From Ascidiella aspersa (taxonomy: Eukaryota): 64,000 nucleotides of DNA. A program made the position numbers and the translations under genes. Below, piece by piece: positions 38,201-50,340 of this stretch (positions are counted from its first letter, which is position 1; each line of letters begins with the position of its first letter). The stretch spans positions 30,256,001 through 30,320,000 of the forward strand of contig OZ004607.1 of the NCBI GenBank assembly GCA_963924565.1, in the 5' to 3' direction. The notes under the pieces are model-generated. The model saw nothing but the letters and a program-made list of their open reading frames with translations. It was not told the origin of the DNA and did not search any database.

Positions 38201-41200
38201 GTATATTTGTATTGTGACGTCTATTTATGACGTCCTTTTTTATAAATGTTCTTGCCTGCAGTGGTCCACGCGAAGCCAAAAAAAATTTTAGTGCTCCGTA
38301 GTAAAAAAAGTTTAAGAAACCCTGTTTTATAGTATATAACTCATTACCTCTACAGGAAGAAGCGGAAGAGTTGGACGCTGGAACGGACAAAAGCGCCAAG
38401 GAAAGCTCTAAGCTGGAGGAGTGCCAGGCCATCTGCAAGCTTCACGGGGTCGCCGCAACCGCGCCCATCGCCCTGCAGCTGAAGGCCATCGACCAGGAGT
38501 ACAGGAGCTTGCGCGAAAGCGGACAGTCGGGCAGGGCTGACCACGTGCAAGGACTCTACGCGTGGAGGTCAAAGCAAGCGCTCAAGGTCGTGCTGGGCGC
38601 GAGCATTGGTGGTCGCTCTTCCGCTTAATGCGCACTGCCTGTTATTTTTTCTTTTTGTGGCGACGACGCAATTATGAAAAGTTAATCAACGGCTTAGCTT
38701 TGACCAACCTTTTTTTTACGATGGTGTTCTCGTATGCCAAATTAACAAAATAGACGTGTGACAAAAAGTTCAAATTTAATAGTGTACTGGCCTTATGTTT
38801 TTAATACGTTTTTAGTTTTGTCATTTTCTAAAAAACGATTTTTATTTTTTACTCCATAAATTCTTAGCCTCGTATTCGCTTTTATTGGTATGGTCAACGT
38901 TTTCAGTATAAAACCTTGGCACGTGCGTATTTCCAAGTCCAAAATAAAATGTAGTAAACGGGACTTAAAAAGTAATTTTGGGCGATCTCTTAAAATTAGT
39001 TAGCGGTCACCAAGCCAAACCTTAATAAAAAACTGCTCGTAGCTACAACCACTTACCAAAGCTATTCAACCACAACCCTTTGCGAATTGTGTACCCAGGG
39101 CGACAAATCGACTGCCTCTCACGCCGACGAGAGCTCGCCGCTTACCCAGGCCTACCTAAAGTACATGGACGCGCTGGCTTGTGACCCGAACAACTACCTG
39201 TGCAACCTGCACGTCGCCAGGCTGCTCGTCGAGCGAGAGGAATACGCAGAGGCAGTTGTGAGACTGCAACAGGCGGTCGGCCTTAAACCGGTCAGCGTCG
39301 AAGCAAGGTGAGCGATTAAAATGAAGAATCTGTTTGGTTGGTGTTGATTTACGTTTTGGTTCATTGGTTGCCAGTTTGGTTGTTAAGGTTTTAATTTTTT
39401 GAAATTGGTTAAAACGATTTGAGGAACCAAATCCACAGAAGGAACCTCTTGTGGATTCTGATTTTTACATTTTTTAAGCGAGTGCCTAATTTGCAGTCTT
39501 GTAAACAAGTCATTTTGAAATGACTAATGTCCCAGTCAAGTCTTTTCAACAAAATAGCAAGTCAAGTCCCAGTCCAAGTCACCAGTTGCCCAAGACAAGT
39601 CATTATTAGAGAAAGTCATCTCCAAGTCAAACCACTAATATAATAGTAAAACGGTTAACTCGCCCGATTATTTATTATTAGAAATAATTCAACAACAAAA
39701 ATAGCAAAAAACAATATGTAGTAATTTAATCGTTTTACATGCAAAATTAAGATAAATAGCTCCACTTTATAATAAAATGTTAAATGTAAACAGTTTATTT
39801 CAACCCAAGTCAATTGACTAATCAGTGCTTCTAAAACTTTTTTAGTTTTGTTCACCCCTAGCATCCATCTCCAGATTTCGTTCACCCTTGTCTCTTGATA
39901 TGATAAAACTACCTCGTCTATATATAACAGCACAAAATGACTTGAGTTGTTTCGCAAGCTATCACCTATTTCTCTCGGTTCACCCTTATTCATCCCTTTT
40001 TGTTAGTTCAACCCTGAAACAATTTTAATCACCCTGGGGTGAACCATTCACCTGATTAAGAAACATTGGACTAAATTATTGAAGTCAATCAAGTCAAGTA
40101 ATTTTACCAATATGACTAAAGTCATGCAAGTTAATTAACTAAAACGATTAAAGTCATGTCAAGTAATTTAAAAACAGTGCACTTAAGTCTAGTCATTGAC
40201 TTAAGTCATTACAACACTGCTAATTTGAGAAGCAGTGGTCGCTATTACCTACGGTCATGCGTTCAATTCTTAGCGAGCACCATTTTTGATTTCTCTGGCC
40301 AAGAAGTAATTCACTAAGATATTACGAAAATGCCTTGTTTTATCAAATTTATGCTGTTGTTAGATTTCTACTCGGCTTGGCTCTCTTGCAAGCGAAGGAC
40401 GAGGCCCGACAGAAAGAAGCCGTTGAGTTTCTCCACGAAGGTCTTGACCATTACATGTTGCGAAGACAGAAGGACGCAGAAGCGGAAGGTAAAGGGCGTT
40501 TTAGAAGCAAAATTGATCATTTTATATCCCAAAGCGAACGCTTCTATGATATCATGAGAAAATCCTGATTAAATCGACTAATTTCGGTAAGGTTTTCCGG
40601 AAGCATCGTGTGTACTTCTATGTTATGTCACGCTTGGAAACCTTATCTTACGTAAAAATATTTATTTTTTGTTTTTACTATATATATTTTTTGTAGATAT
40701 TTTTACAGAGGAGCCTTTTAAATTTATCTATACTGTGTTGCTTCGAGCAATGTTTTAACAATAATATTTTTCATTTTAAAGCTATTGTTTCATAAAAGTG
40801 AATCACATTGTATATGTTTTTAGGTTGTCAAAACCAACCAAAGTCAACCTTAAAATGTCCATGCACACGCTAGATTGTAGCAAATGCAAGTCGTGTAAAA
40901 CCTCCATGTCACTTCAGGTGTCAATCCTTCCTCGGCGACCGATCTACACTGCGAAGACTACTGGCGCCTTTCAAACATGCAGTTTCTCAACGGCCTCATG
41001 CTGTTAGCCAGCCACTTAAGGAAAACACCCGTGCCCGGAATAAGGACAGCAAAGGAGATTTACCACGGGTAAGCTACTTTTCTCATTCTCGAATGCTTAG
41101 CTGTGTTTTTTTATAAAAGCAGTATTTTGCTTACAGTATTTGTCTACACTCGTCAATGGCTTTGTGCTCAATGTACCACCGAGGGAGCATTTTTCAAGAG

Positions 41201-44200
41201 GTAAACGTTAGCTTCGGGGCGTTTTGGTTAAAGAATCAGCAATGCGTAGCTTAAATCCCGTGCAGAAGCGTGTATCGTGAAATGTACACTGTTAGAATAA
41301 AAGTTTAGTATTTTTCAAACTAAAATGTACTTTGATGTGATACTTTAATATAATAGTAAATAAAGTAATTGCACTGTTTAAACTCTCATTAAATCTTCCG
41401 TGATGTAAAATAGTCTTTGCTGTTGAAGTTTTTAATCAGTTTTTGTAAATCATATCTGAAATGCACCAACTGTCGAACCTATGCATTATTAGTTAACGAT
41501 GTGTGTTAATTTACCAACGTCCGTTTCCCTTGTCTTAAACAGCTTGAGTGGACGCTACTGAAGTCGCACTTCGCCCTGCTGGAGATTCTCATGTCTTCAC
41601 CAGGGGCGGGCAAGGGCGCTTGGGTGGCGCAACGTTGTCGCTACCTTTCCGCCATGCTACGATCCTGCACCATACCCCGGGATGATAGGTTGCTTGAAAT
41701 ACAAGAAAAGGTGGGATATTGGCTTTTATAGTTCGATATCTACTGATGAATTGTGGTGATTCAAGAGGTTGGGCAGCATCTAATAATCGCAACCCAAAAT
41801 GTTTGAGTAATTACTTGTAAAACTGTCAGAAAAAACTTTGAAAGAAATCGTAGTAGAATTTTTATTTAACTATTTTGGTATTTGTTGGTTGTTTTACTAT
41901 TGTGTGATACTGCGATTTTACGATCTTAAGTCGCTACCAACTTACTTGTTTAAAGCATTTCGCAACACTACTTCCCCACTACCAAGCAGGGACCCGTTCA
42001 TATTTTTACTATATATTAAAGAAAACTGTTAAAATTTGTCAGAAATGTATAGTATAGCCATATGCAAAAATGGCGCAAGGAACTGTTCTCCTAATGTAAA
42101 TCACCCGAGAATCTAAAAATTAGACCATTTTTTAGCGTAAACGGTGTAAGTTTTTAACCTGGCTCAAAACCAACCCCAGCTTTCGCACTGCTCAGGTTTC
42201 TCAGCACTTGGTCAGTGTGAACCCGTGCAACAGCGAGTCACTCTACCTCCTCGGCGTTGCCCAGCTACAGATCTACGACAACGAGACCGCTTCAGGTGCT
42301 GGTGACGAGCGTCCGCTGCAGGAAGCTATACAGAGCTTCCAGGCAAGCGTCGACCTAGAGGGAAAACCCGCCGCCGGGGAAGTCCCTATAGCAGGTTAGA
42401 GAGTTCCTGACTCCGATGACAAATGTCTTCAAATAGAAAAAACCTTTCATGGAAATCGTTGCACAAGTAATGAGTTGTGAGTCGCTGAGCCCGTTTTTGT
42501 GTATCCGGGTAGCTGGGTTTAAAGAATTGTAGTAGACGGCTCAGCAAAGATAGGTCCGGCCCTGATGTGTCTCGATATAAAAAAACGGTCAAGGTTCCGT
42601 GGTTTCAGTACTGAAATAGCTCAAACTTTTTATTGAACAAAAACAATTGTAGTTGTTTTTTCGGACCTTTAGCAGATCAATGCAGTGATTACTTTATTTG
42701 TAGCTCTTTTTAGTTTCTTAGTGTTTAAAGTTGCAGTGCAGAACGGTTGCGGTGCAGAATTTATTTCAATCCACTTAGAAAATATTATACCGTCACTTTA
42801 CCGATCCCTCATAAAACAGAGGTTCCTATTTCTACAATATTTTTGTGTTGAGCTCAGCGAACAAATACCGTCAAAAAGTGGATATATGCATGGTTTGTTC
42901 AGCGACTTGCATTCACTCGCCTTATTAAAATAAATTCAACTTTTTTTTCCATTTCAAAAACAAAACCCTTATCAATCTTAAACAGGTCAAAAGTGGTACG
43001 TCGAGAAACTGGAAAGAGAAAAACCCAAGCAAGCAGCGGCCCCTGCCCAGGCCCCAGCTGCGGGAAAGTCCCCAGCCAGGGGTAGGGGCGCCCCCGCGGC
43101 CAGGGCCCGCGGCAGGGGGGTTGCCCCGGCCCGAGGCGCCCCGGCCAAAGCCCCACCGGCCGCGAGGGGTGCGGCCAGGGGTGCCCCGAGGGGACGGGGT
43201 GCGTCATCACGTGGAGGAACTGCGGCCCCTGCTGCTGACTCGAAATGCAGTAAGGAGGCCGCGCCTGCACAACCAGCGCAATCACAGGTGAAATACAACT
43301 TTTAAGTTCAAAGCGCGTTTTAGTTATATTGAATTTAAATAAATTACGTAATATTTTGAAAGTTTGTTTTTGAGTTTCAATCATTCCCTTGGTATAATTT
43401 TCCGTGATTAGTTTTTTATTAAGTTTTCAAGAATGCAATCCAAGCATTTCTACCTGACTCGTTTTAAAGCGAATTAACGGCCAACGATGTTTACAAACAT
43501 GTTCAACGCTATTTAAAAAACCCGTTGCTTTTTACTTTGTGTGTCTTACCTAGATGCAAGTATATAACCGAAAAAAAGGTAAACTGAAAGAAATCAAAAT
43601 TCAATCTGATAACTACCATTGCAGGTATAACGCTGCAGCATCGCTGCATTTTCTTACAGCAATGTGTGTACAAAAAATCCAACGATGTAAAACTATGTAA
43701 CAGGACCCAAATCTGATTTTTATCGCCATTGCATTCAAGGTCCCGGCAGCGGCGAAGAAAGCAGATATCAAACCAGCGCCGATAAACAGGAGCACTTACC
43801 ACGCCAGACTTGGACTTGCGAGGGCGCTGTCAAGGACCAAGGACAGAAAGGAAGAATCCCGGGCACGCTACGAAGAAGTGATGAAGATGGCACCAGAGGT
43901 AGGTTTCTGGTGTTTTCTTATGGTTTTGTTGTTGCCGGTATGGCGTTATTGGTCGTAATTTTATAGTTAATAAACATTTTTTGCGATATTGGTTGTTGCT
44001 CTTTACATCTTGGTCGATTTTTTTGTTATCACAGGATCTTCTGGTGTATTGGTGCACTTTGTGGTGCTTTGTTGGTTACGAGTTGTTTACCGATGGTTTT
44101 TTTGTGGTTGGTCGTTTTTTTACGGCGGTTATAATTGTATTTTCGTGGCCCTGGTAAATTCAAATGGTGTTGTTGGCTGATTTGGTTCACGTTGGTGGTG

Positions 44201-45886
44201 TTTTCAAATATCCAGGTGCACGACGCGTACATCGAGTTGGCGGACCAACTGGTGAAGAGCGACCCTCTGGCTGCAGTGGATATTTACTGCAGGTTGGCCT
44301 TTTTTGTTGCAATACATTTGCTACGCGCATAATGCACGACTAATTTAGCAGCTTGTAGTAACTAACAATAGAGAAACTTTTAGTGCAAATCATGAAAATT
44401 AACTGCCTGAGAAAACTCCACAAAACGGCCAACTTTATGGGGTAATACATAACTCCACCCAAGCTTTTGCAAGATGATTAATTAATTCTTTGGTGATTAT
44501 AAGACCACTGTAAATATCACCATGCTCTTATTTAGATAAGATTTAGCGAAATATTCGCCACATTAAGGCTTGGCGTAGCCTGAACAACTGTGCGACACCG
44601 TTTTTTCACCTTAGTCTCACGATTGATATATAAAAATCCAGCCTATTCACCACTACATTTTGGATCCTCTGACCTGCTTTTCAATTTGCATGATAACCGG
44701 GCTCAAACAGCGTACGTCACTGATCTCAAACTCGTCCTTTAAACACTATAACCTCGCGTTGTTTCCGCCGTTATCCTTTTGCCTTCGACTTTAAAACATA
44801 ATTTTTTTATTTCCCAGGTTTCCGAGCAGCAGCGGGGACGACGCTGAGGAGTCGTTCGACGACGCTTACCTCAGCGGAGAGATCGTGAGCATTCTGATGA
44901 AGCACGAGCAACTGGACGACCCGCGCCTGGTCGAGCACATGGTCAAGTGGGGAAGGGTCATGGGAATCGGTGAGTCAAACGTTTTTGTGTTTGCGCGTGT
45001 GGATTTCAAAAATAATGGTGCCCAAAAGCGGGGTTGCGGACTCGGGTAAAAATAACCCGAAGCCAACTCCCGAGTCTGATTTCGACCTAAAAAATTAACC
45101 TGGGTCCGACTCCGGGTCCGACTCTACAGCCTGCATTTCGCCCGATTACGTAACTGAAATAAGGTGGATATTAAGCAATCCACTCACAGGGGAGTCATAT
45201 AAGTCATCCACCCACAATACGTGGTTCTCAAATACTCTACCACATGCTATTTCATCTTTACAATTCTCATCAATTTCGAAATTCGGTACTGCACATGAGC
45301 ACGTCGAACTCAGGAATCGGTTGTTTTACGTAGTCTTACTCGACTGCCGAGTCGAAATCTTATCCATCTTTTAGATTTTGTCCATCATTTTAGCCCACCA
45401 TTTTAAACCTCGATGGGTTTTTTATTTGAAGTATAGTAAGTCTATGATTGAACGTAACTAAGCTGCTTTAAGCTAAAAAGAACTATCAAATACATGGTTT
45501 ATGTGTCACATGGTTTATGTCTCTGTTTAAATTGGATCTGTTTTGTATGTTTGACCTTGATATTTAATTTTGGAATTGACTTGATAAATGTATTAGTTCT
45601 CAAAAATATCGGGTAACGCTTTAGGATACCTTTAGTAGTTTTATCGTTCTTACCGTACAAGCGTTTTTCTATAAAGTCAATCATTGTGCTTTCCTTGAGT
45701 CTGCTTTGTACGTCATTACAACACCCCGTCACGATTTTGTGTTCAGGGGTCCTTGAGAAGTACATGGGCATTCTGGACGCCAAGTTCAAGACCAACATGC
45801 TAAAGAGCATATACGCCGGCGTTCACCAAAAGGACTTGGACGACCCTGATCTCCTGGCCTTCTTTAAGTTCAAATGCTGGATTTAA
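32266..45886 (+). CDS. Uncharacterised ~1089-aa protein: 2x cadherin-like beta-sandwich, U-box/RING-like segment, degenerate TRAF-type finger, TPR repeats, RG/Ala/Pro-rich linker
   Basis: 20 in-phase GT-AG exons: 32266-32427, 33129-33333, 33766-33932, 34753-34934, 35292-35407, 35600-35766, 36251-36368, 36894-37069, 38356-38586, 39099-39307, 40364-40488, 40918-41068, 41137-41200, 41543-41710, 42196-42394, 42986-43287, 43740-43898, 44216-44292, 44818-44969, 45747-45886 (3270 nt). Cadherin-like motifs: LSPKFNRNTTEYEATV, IEVSSEDGTTKQYFIRVKR, VAVTSVDGKNRKDYTVVVSR. U-box-like: WECPMTLSPFYNPV. TPR-like: AKLHLRLGHALEE, EYAEAVVRLQQAVGLKPVSVEARFLLGLALL, SESLYLLGVAQL. Confidence 0.88.
37242..37346 (+). 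repeat. ~100-bp dispersed repeat, copy 2
   Basis: atgttgaaaatgaataaagagttattccaaacgttcaaaatc...caacctccaaccatta. Confidence 0.85.
37898..38324. mobile_element. hAT-type MITE in an intron
   Basis: Termini caggggtttttaaac / tttaagaaaccctg; flanks ttttagag / ttttatag (7/8 TSD match). Confidence 0.65.
39500..40219. repeat. aagtc-rich DNA-transposon-like element; related fragment (rc) at ~30561-30600
   Basis: Many caagtc/aagtca motifs. The terminus tgcacttaagtctagtcattgacttaagtcattacaacactg is an approximate reverse complement of gttgtaatgacttgagtcaatggcttgacttgagtgca at 30561. Confidence 0.5.
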
Positions 45887-48466
45887 AATCTTTTTACCTG
45901 TCATGCTGGGGAGCTGACAAATTGCCAGAACATTCTTTCAAGCGCTGTTGAATAATTTTTACTGTTTTAGTTTAGCCACTGTGATTTTAGTACTGCTGTG
46001 ATTCGCTGTAGTTGTACTGTGATTCGTTAAAAATGCTTTTAGCATGTACTAGATCAGTTCTAGATGCCAAAGTTCGCCTTTACCAATTCCATTTTCTACG
46101 TAGTGCCGCTTTTCATTTGCCCTTACGCTTACCTATTATCACTTTCACTGTCATCGTTACTGTTGTTGGTATTAAAATCTAAATACAGCTAACTTGTGTA
46201 GTTTTAGCTGGTTACGTGATTAAAGTGGTTGCGACTCCCTAAAATAATGCTTTTGTGATTTGCGAAGATTCTATCACATTTTGTGTGGTAGGCCTAGGTG
46301 GTTCAAAAAATTAAAACACAACTCCTTGCTTTTAATTTAATAAAGGCTTCTGGGTGGACAATTTTTATAGGCTTTGTACCTTGGCAAATGCAACAGGAGA
46401 ACATTTATCCTGTTTTCCGTGTTGTTTAAAAAAGTTATGGTATGACAGCCTTTTGGAGACCTTTGCCCTGGTAATGATATTGTGAATTTTGGGTTTTCGC
46501 CATTAGGCTCAAACGCTAAAATTGCGTTTAAAGAGATATTCTTATTCCGATTTACAGCAGCGAGCATGTCAGCTTTTTCTTAGTTTTTTCTCGAGGTCAG
46601 TTCCTATTTATACATATGCTACCCCGATATATAAGTACATACATTAACTTAACTAAAACAAATAAAGGTTACCTTTCTTGAAAATGCCCTAGTCCTACCC
46701 CTCAAATGCACAGAGATCCATCTACCAGTTATGCTGTAGAGTTGCTACTGGAAGCCCGCAATCTTCCTAAGTGCTTCCCGGTTTAATAAACGGAATGACT
46801 GTTTTTTCTACATGACAACGTCGCCAATTAAGATCGCCCACCAATAGAATTTCTTGACTTGCTTCGCTTGATTGGTAGGCTGCTCTCTTGCGGTAAAAGC
46901 GAGGGACGCAAAGCACGTGCAATCTAAGTGGCGCGAAATGACCAAGTGTAGTGTTACAAGATTTACTAGATTTTAACTTGATTTTTGGTACGCCATGTTA
47001 CACGCAAATATAATAAAACTAAGGGTTTCTTGTTAAAGCTTTCTTGTATAAGGTAAAAATGTTTTATATCTCAGTGATGTAATTTTCCGAAATAAAGACA
47101 ATTATCTTATCCAATGGTTCTCAACCTTTTAGGTTTCGTGGCCACCTTTAACCGTCGTGGCCCCCTCCTGCTTAGAAAAAATACCTAGTATTGTTTTTAA
47201 CGATTTTTCACTTGTTTTACTTCTTCACGTTAGTGACCAAAACAGCCACTAAACGTCCAACGAATCAATGCACTTATACTTAAAAAAAGAACTTGAAAAA
47301 TCTGTTATTTTACTTTATTTAACTTAGTTACTAGTCATTGCAAAGCTTATTCTTGAACTCGGCCAAGGTATTTTTGATTCGGCTTTGTTTTATACTAAGT
47401 CAAGCGAATGTCATTACATACCTCGATTTGTGGATCTGGTTTTGTGCACGCAAGATACAAAATCCAGCTTCGAGAAGATAGTTATAGTTGCGAATTAAAC
47501 GCACATCACGACGGCCTTCTTGCTGAGTAGTGAGTGCAAATCTCGGGTAGACACAAAAAACTTGAGCCATCACTTTTGTTATCATGTGGCAGCTTTATTG
47601 CAGTCGTACAAGTTTGTTTTATAACGCCTAACGTTTTCACGTCGATCGACGGTTTGTAGTTTTCCGTGATAGGCTATATACCTACACACACTCCTAGCAA
47701 TAATTCTAGAAAGTTTAACTGGCGAGTAGGGATCTGCAAAGTAGAATCCAAAGGTAACTATTCTATTTTACAATTATAGGTTTTGAATCTAGAGTGTTAA
47801 ATCCTAGGCCTAATAAGTTTTGAAATAACTTTTTAACTTTAATTTTTTGGGGATTGACAAAACAGCAATTAGTTGCTAATCTAATTGCTATCATATGAAT
47901 ACTGTTATCAACTGTCTGAATAACTTCCGCTTAAAAAAGTTGTTTAAATTAGAGTGCATAAGTACACAAAAAACTAGACAAGAACGTAAAACATAGAAAC
48001 ACCAGGTTGTAACCAAACCTTATTTTGCCCATATGGTAAGTGCAATCAAAACAATGCTGAGTTTTAGTTATACTTCTTTACAAATGAGATGTGTTAATTA
48101 GACAGTTAAATAATATATAAGCTATAGTTAAATAATATGCCGCAAAGAATACCAAGTAATTTCTATCATTCATGTGTTATTATTACTTGACAATTATAGG
48201 CTGTACATAACCTCATTGGCCTAAAGTTGAAATTGAGTAACCACGTAGCAAACTTCGCGCGTTTCACGATGGAATGTATAGCTATATATATTAAATGAAA
48301 AAAACAACATATTTATGAATAACAAACAGTTGAAACAATTAAAAAATCAAATGTCAAATTAGCGCGATAAAAAAATCCACACGTTGTATCAGTAAAATGT
48401 GAATTGAAAAATTGAGGACAATACTCTATGATGATGAATCGGTGCCAAAACATTTGTTGAGGGTTT

Positions 48467-49175
48467 TTAGCAGATGCAGCAGTTTTTATTATGCTTGAAT
48501 TCGCCCTGACTGACAGGTTGACGTTGGTTGAGAATGCGCATGACCTCACTCTCGAACGACAAAGCTGCAACTCTGGCGAAAAATTCCTTGACGTTCTGGC
48601 CAGTTTTGGCCGACACCCCCCAGAACTCCGCATTCATCGAATTTGCAACCTTTATGGCTTCGCACTCGATCTCTTTAAAAGCCAGTGGAGCCAAAAGATC
48701 TATTTTTGTCCCGACCAGAAAAATCATCGGCGAGCTGCCGCTGTTTGTTTCCAGTGCAACCTCTAACCATTTCTTAGCGTTAGCGAGGCTCTGGATCTCC
48801 GAGACGTCGAAAACAACCGCTAGAACTTGCACTCCACGGCAGTACGGGGTGACGGTACACTGGAACCCCTCATGGCCAGACGTGTCAAACATGTGAAGCG
48901 TAAAAGGCTGATTCAGGATCTCAAACTTTTCCATCAAAAAATCTACGCCGATCGTTGCTTTCAAATTTTGTTGGAACGACTTTTGGCAAAAAACGGTAAA
49001 GCAGACAGCTCTTTCCGACTGCATTTTCGCCGATAAGAACCATTTTGCATATTTTTAGGCTTACCTCAGTAGACCGGTCGGCCAGACATGATTGAAGGAC
49101 CCTCGGGTCGAACTTAAGATGTTCGTCGATTCGCGCATCCTTCGTAAAACATTGCGGAAAATTTGTGATGGTTCA
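48467..49175 (-). pseudogene. RAB34: Intronless Rab34/Rab36-family copy with a +1 frameshift and an upstream stop (probable retro-pseudogene; intact gene if the frameshift is an assembly error)
   Basis: Frame A reads TITNFPQCFTKDARIDEHLKFDPRVLQSCLADRSTEVSLKICKMVLIGENAVGKSCLLYRF, similar to the recalled RAB34 N-terminus (LPQCLRKEA..DFHPRV..C..). An A6 run at 48988-48993 shifts into frame B: FCQKSFQQNLKATIGVDFLMEKFEIL...DTSGHE...GTKIDL...SAKTG...CCIC*. An in-frame TGA lies at 49175-49173. Confidence 0.8.
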
Positions 49176-49672
49176 CTTGAGCAACCCCTGCTTTTATACC
49201 GGGGTACATTGTACAGAAAAATTAACGGTTTCCTAATTCTGAACTAAATTAGACATGCACCAAATCTGTTCAAACAAAACTTGTTGTTTTAGGTCCTATT
49301 CTTTTTCGTCATTACCTAATCTATACTGTTGTTTATATGTCTTTGACTTTTTTATTCATTTTATTATTACTTTGCTCTGTATAAGTATTTCATATTATTT
49401 ATAGTAACTGACGATGCCAGTATATGTAATATATGTATTCATTCAAAAAATGTCTAAACCTGATTTTAATCGGGTTTTTAAACTTTGAGTCTATTGTTTA
49501 TATACGCGTCAACGGAACAGTGATCGACAAGCAGAAACCTGCTGTCAATGGTTTTGAATTAAACATAATATATTGCCAAATTCGTCTTTGTTACTCCTAA
49601 TTCGAAACTAGTTTTACAACCAAACTTTATGACGTGACCCAATGCAGTCCTCGTCGTCACCATAAATCGACC

Positions 49673-50340
49673 GCGTAAAGTAACACGGAGATGATATTTA
49701 CCTCCCGTCAGGACCCCGGACCTTACGCTATTCCTGTAAGGTCTTGGCGTTCTGTTGTTATTCAATAAACACAGATAGGTTTAATACATGCCGGGCTAAG
49801 ATTTTTAAACATACAACTTTAACAATTGAAGTCGGATCAATGTAAGTCTAACAAGTTTCAGCCCCTTATAAAACCAGTTTAGACCTGTAACGCCCTTTTA
49901 TATTTTAGTTTCAGTTCCTTATTGCTGTGAGTTGAATTTCCGAAAATATTTATGAAGGGTGGTCCTTCGCTTGATAGCACTACTAAGGATAGTTATTAAC
50001 CTAAAAAAGTTTATTTATTGTGCTTTTATTTTTAAAGTCAATTTGTTTCTGTTTGTGTAAAAGTGCCAAACAATACAGTAGTAAAGGTGAAATTAAGGCT
50101 GTGCGCAAATTTGTAAATTGTAATAGCGGCATTGAAGAAGGTTGCGAAGTTCAAAACGATTGGCCTAATTCAAAGATGAATAATCTTCTTCTTGGAAACT
50201 TGTCACTTCAAATTCAACGCTTAATGGTTCGCTATTTTGCAATTTTTTTTTGGCTTTTTTGTACACATCGCTTGGTCAAAGAATCGTTTAGCAGAGGCGT
50301 GTTAACGGGAAGTAAATATCATCTCTGTGTTACTCTACGC
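49673..50340. repeat. ~37-bp imperfect inverted repeat pair (foldback/MITE-like ends)
   Basis: gcgtaaagtaacacggagatgatatttacctcccgt from 49673 vs acgggaagtaaatatcatctctgtgttactctacgc ending at 50340. Confidence 0.65.

Noticed and set aside
42899-43384. Minus-strand 103-aa and 161-aa Gly/Pro/Ala-rich ORFs
   Set aside because: These are antisense shadows of the GC-rich RG exon
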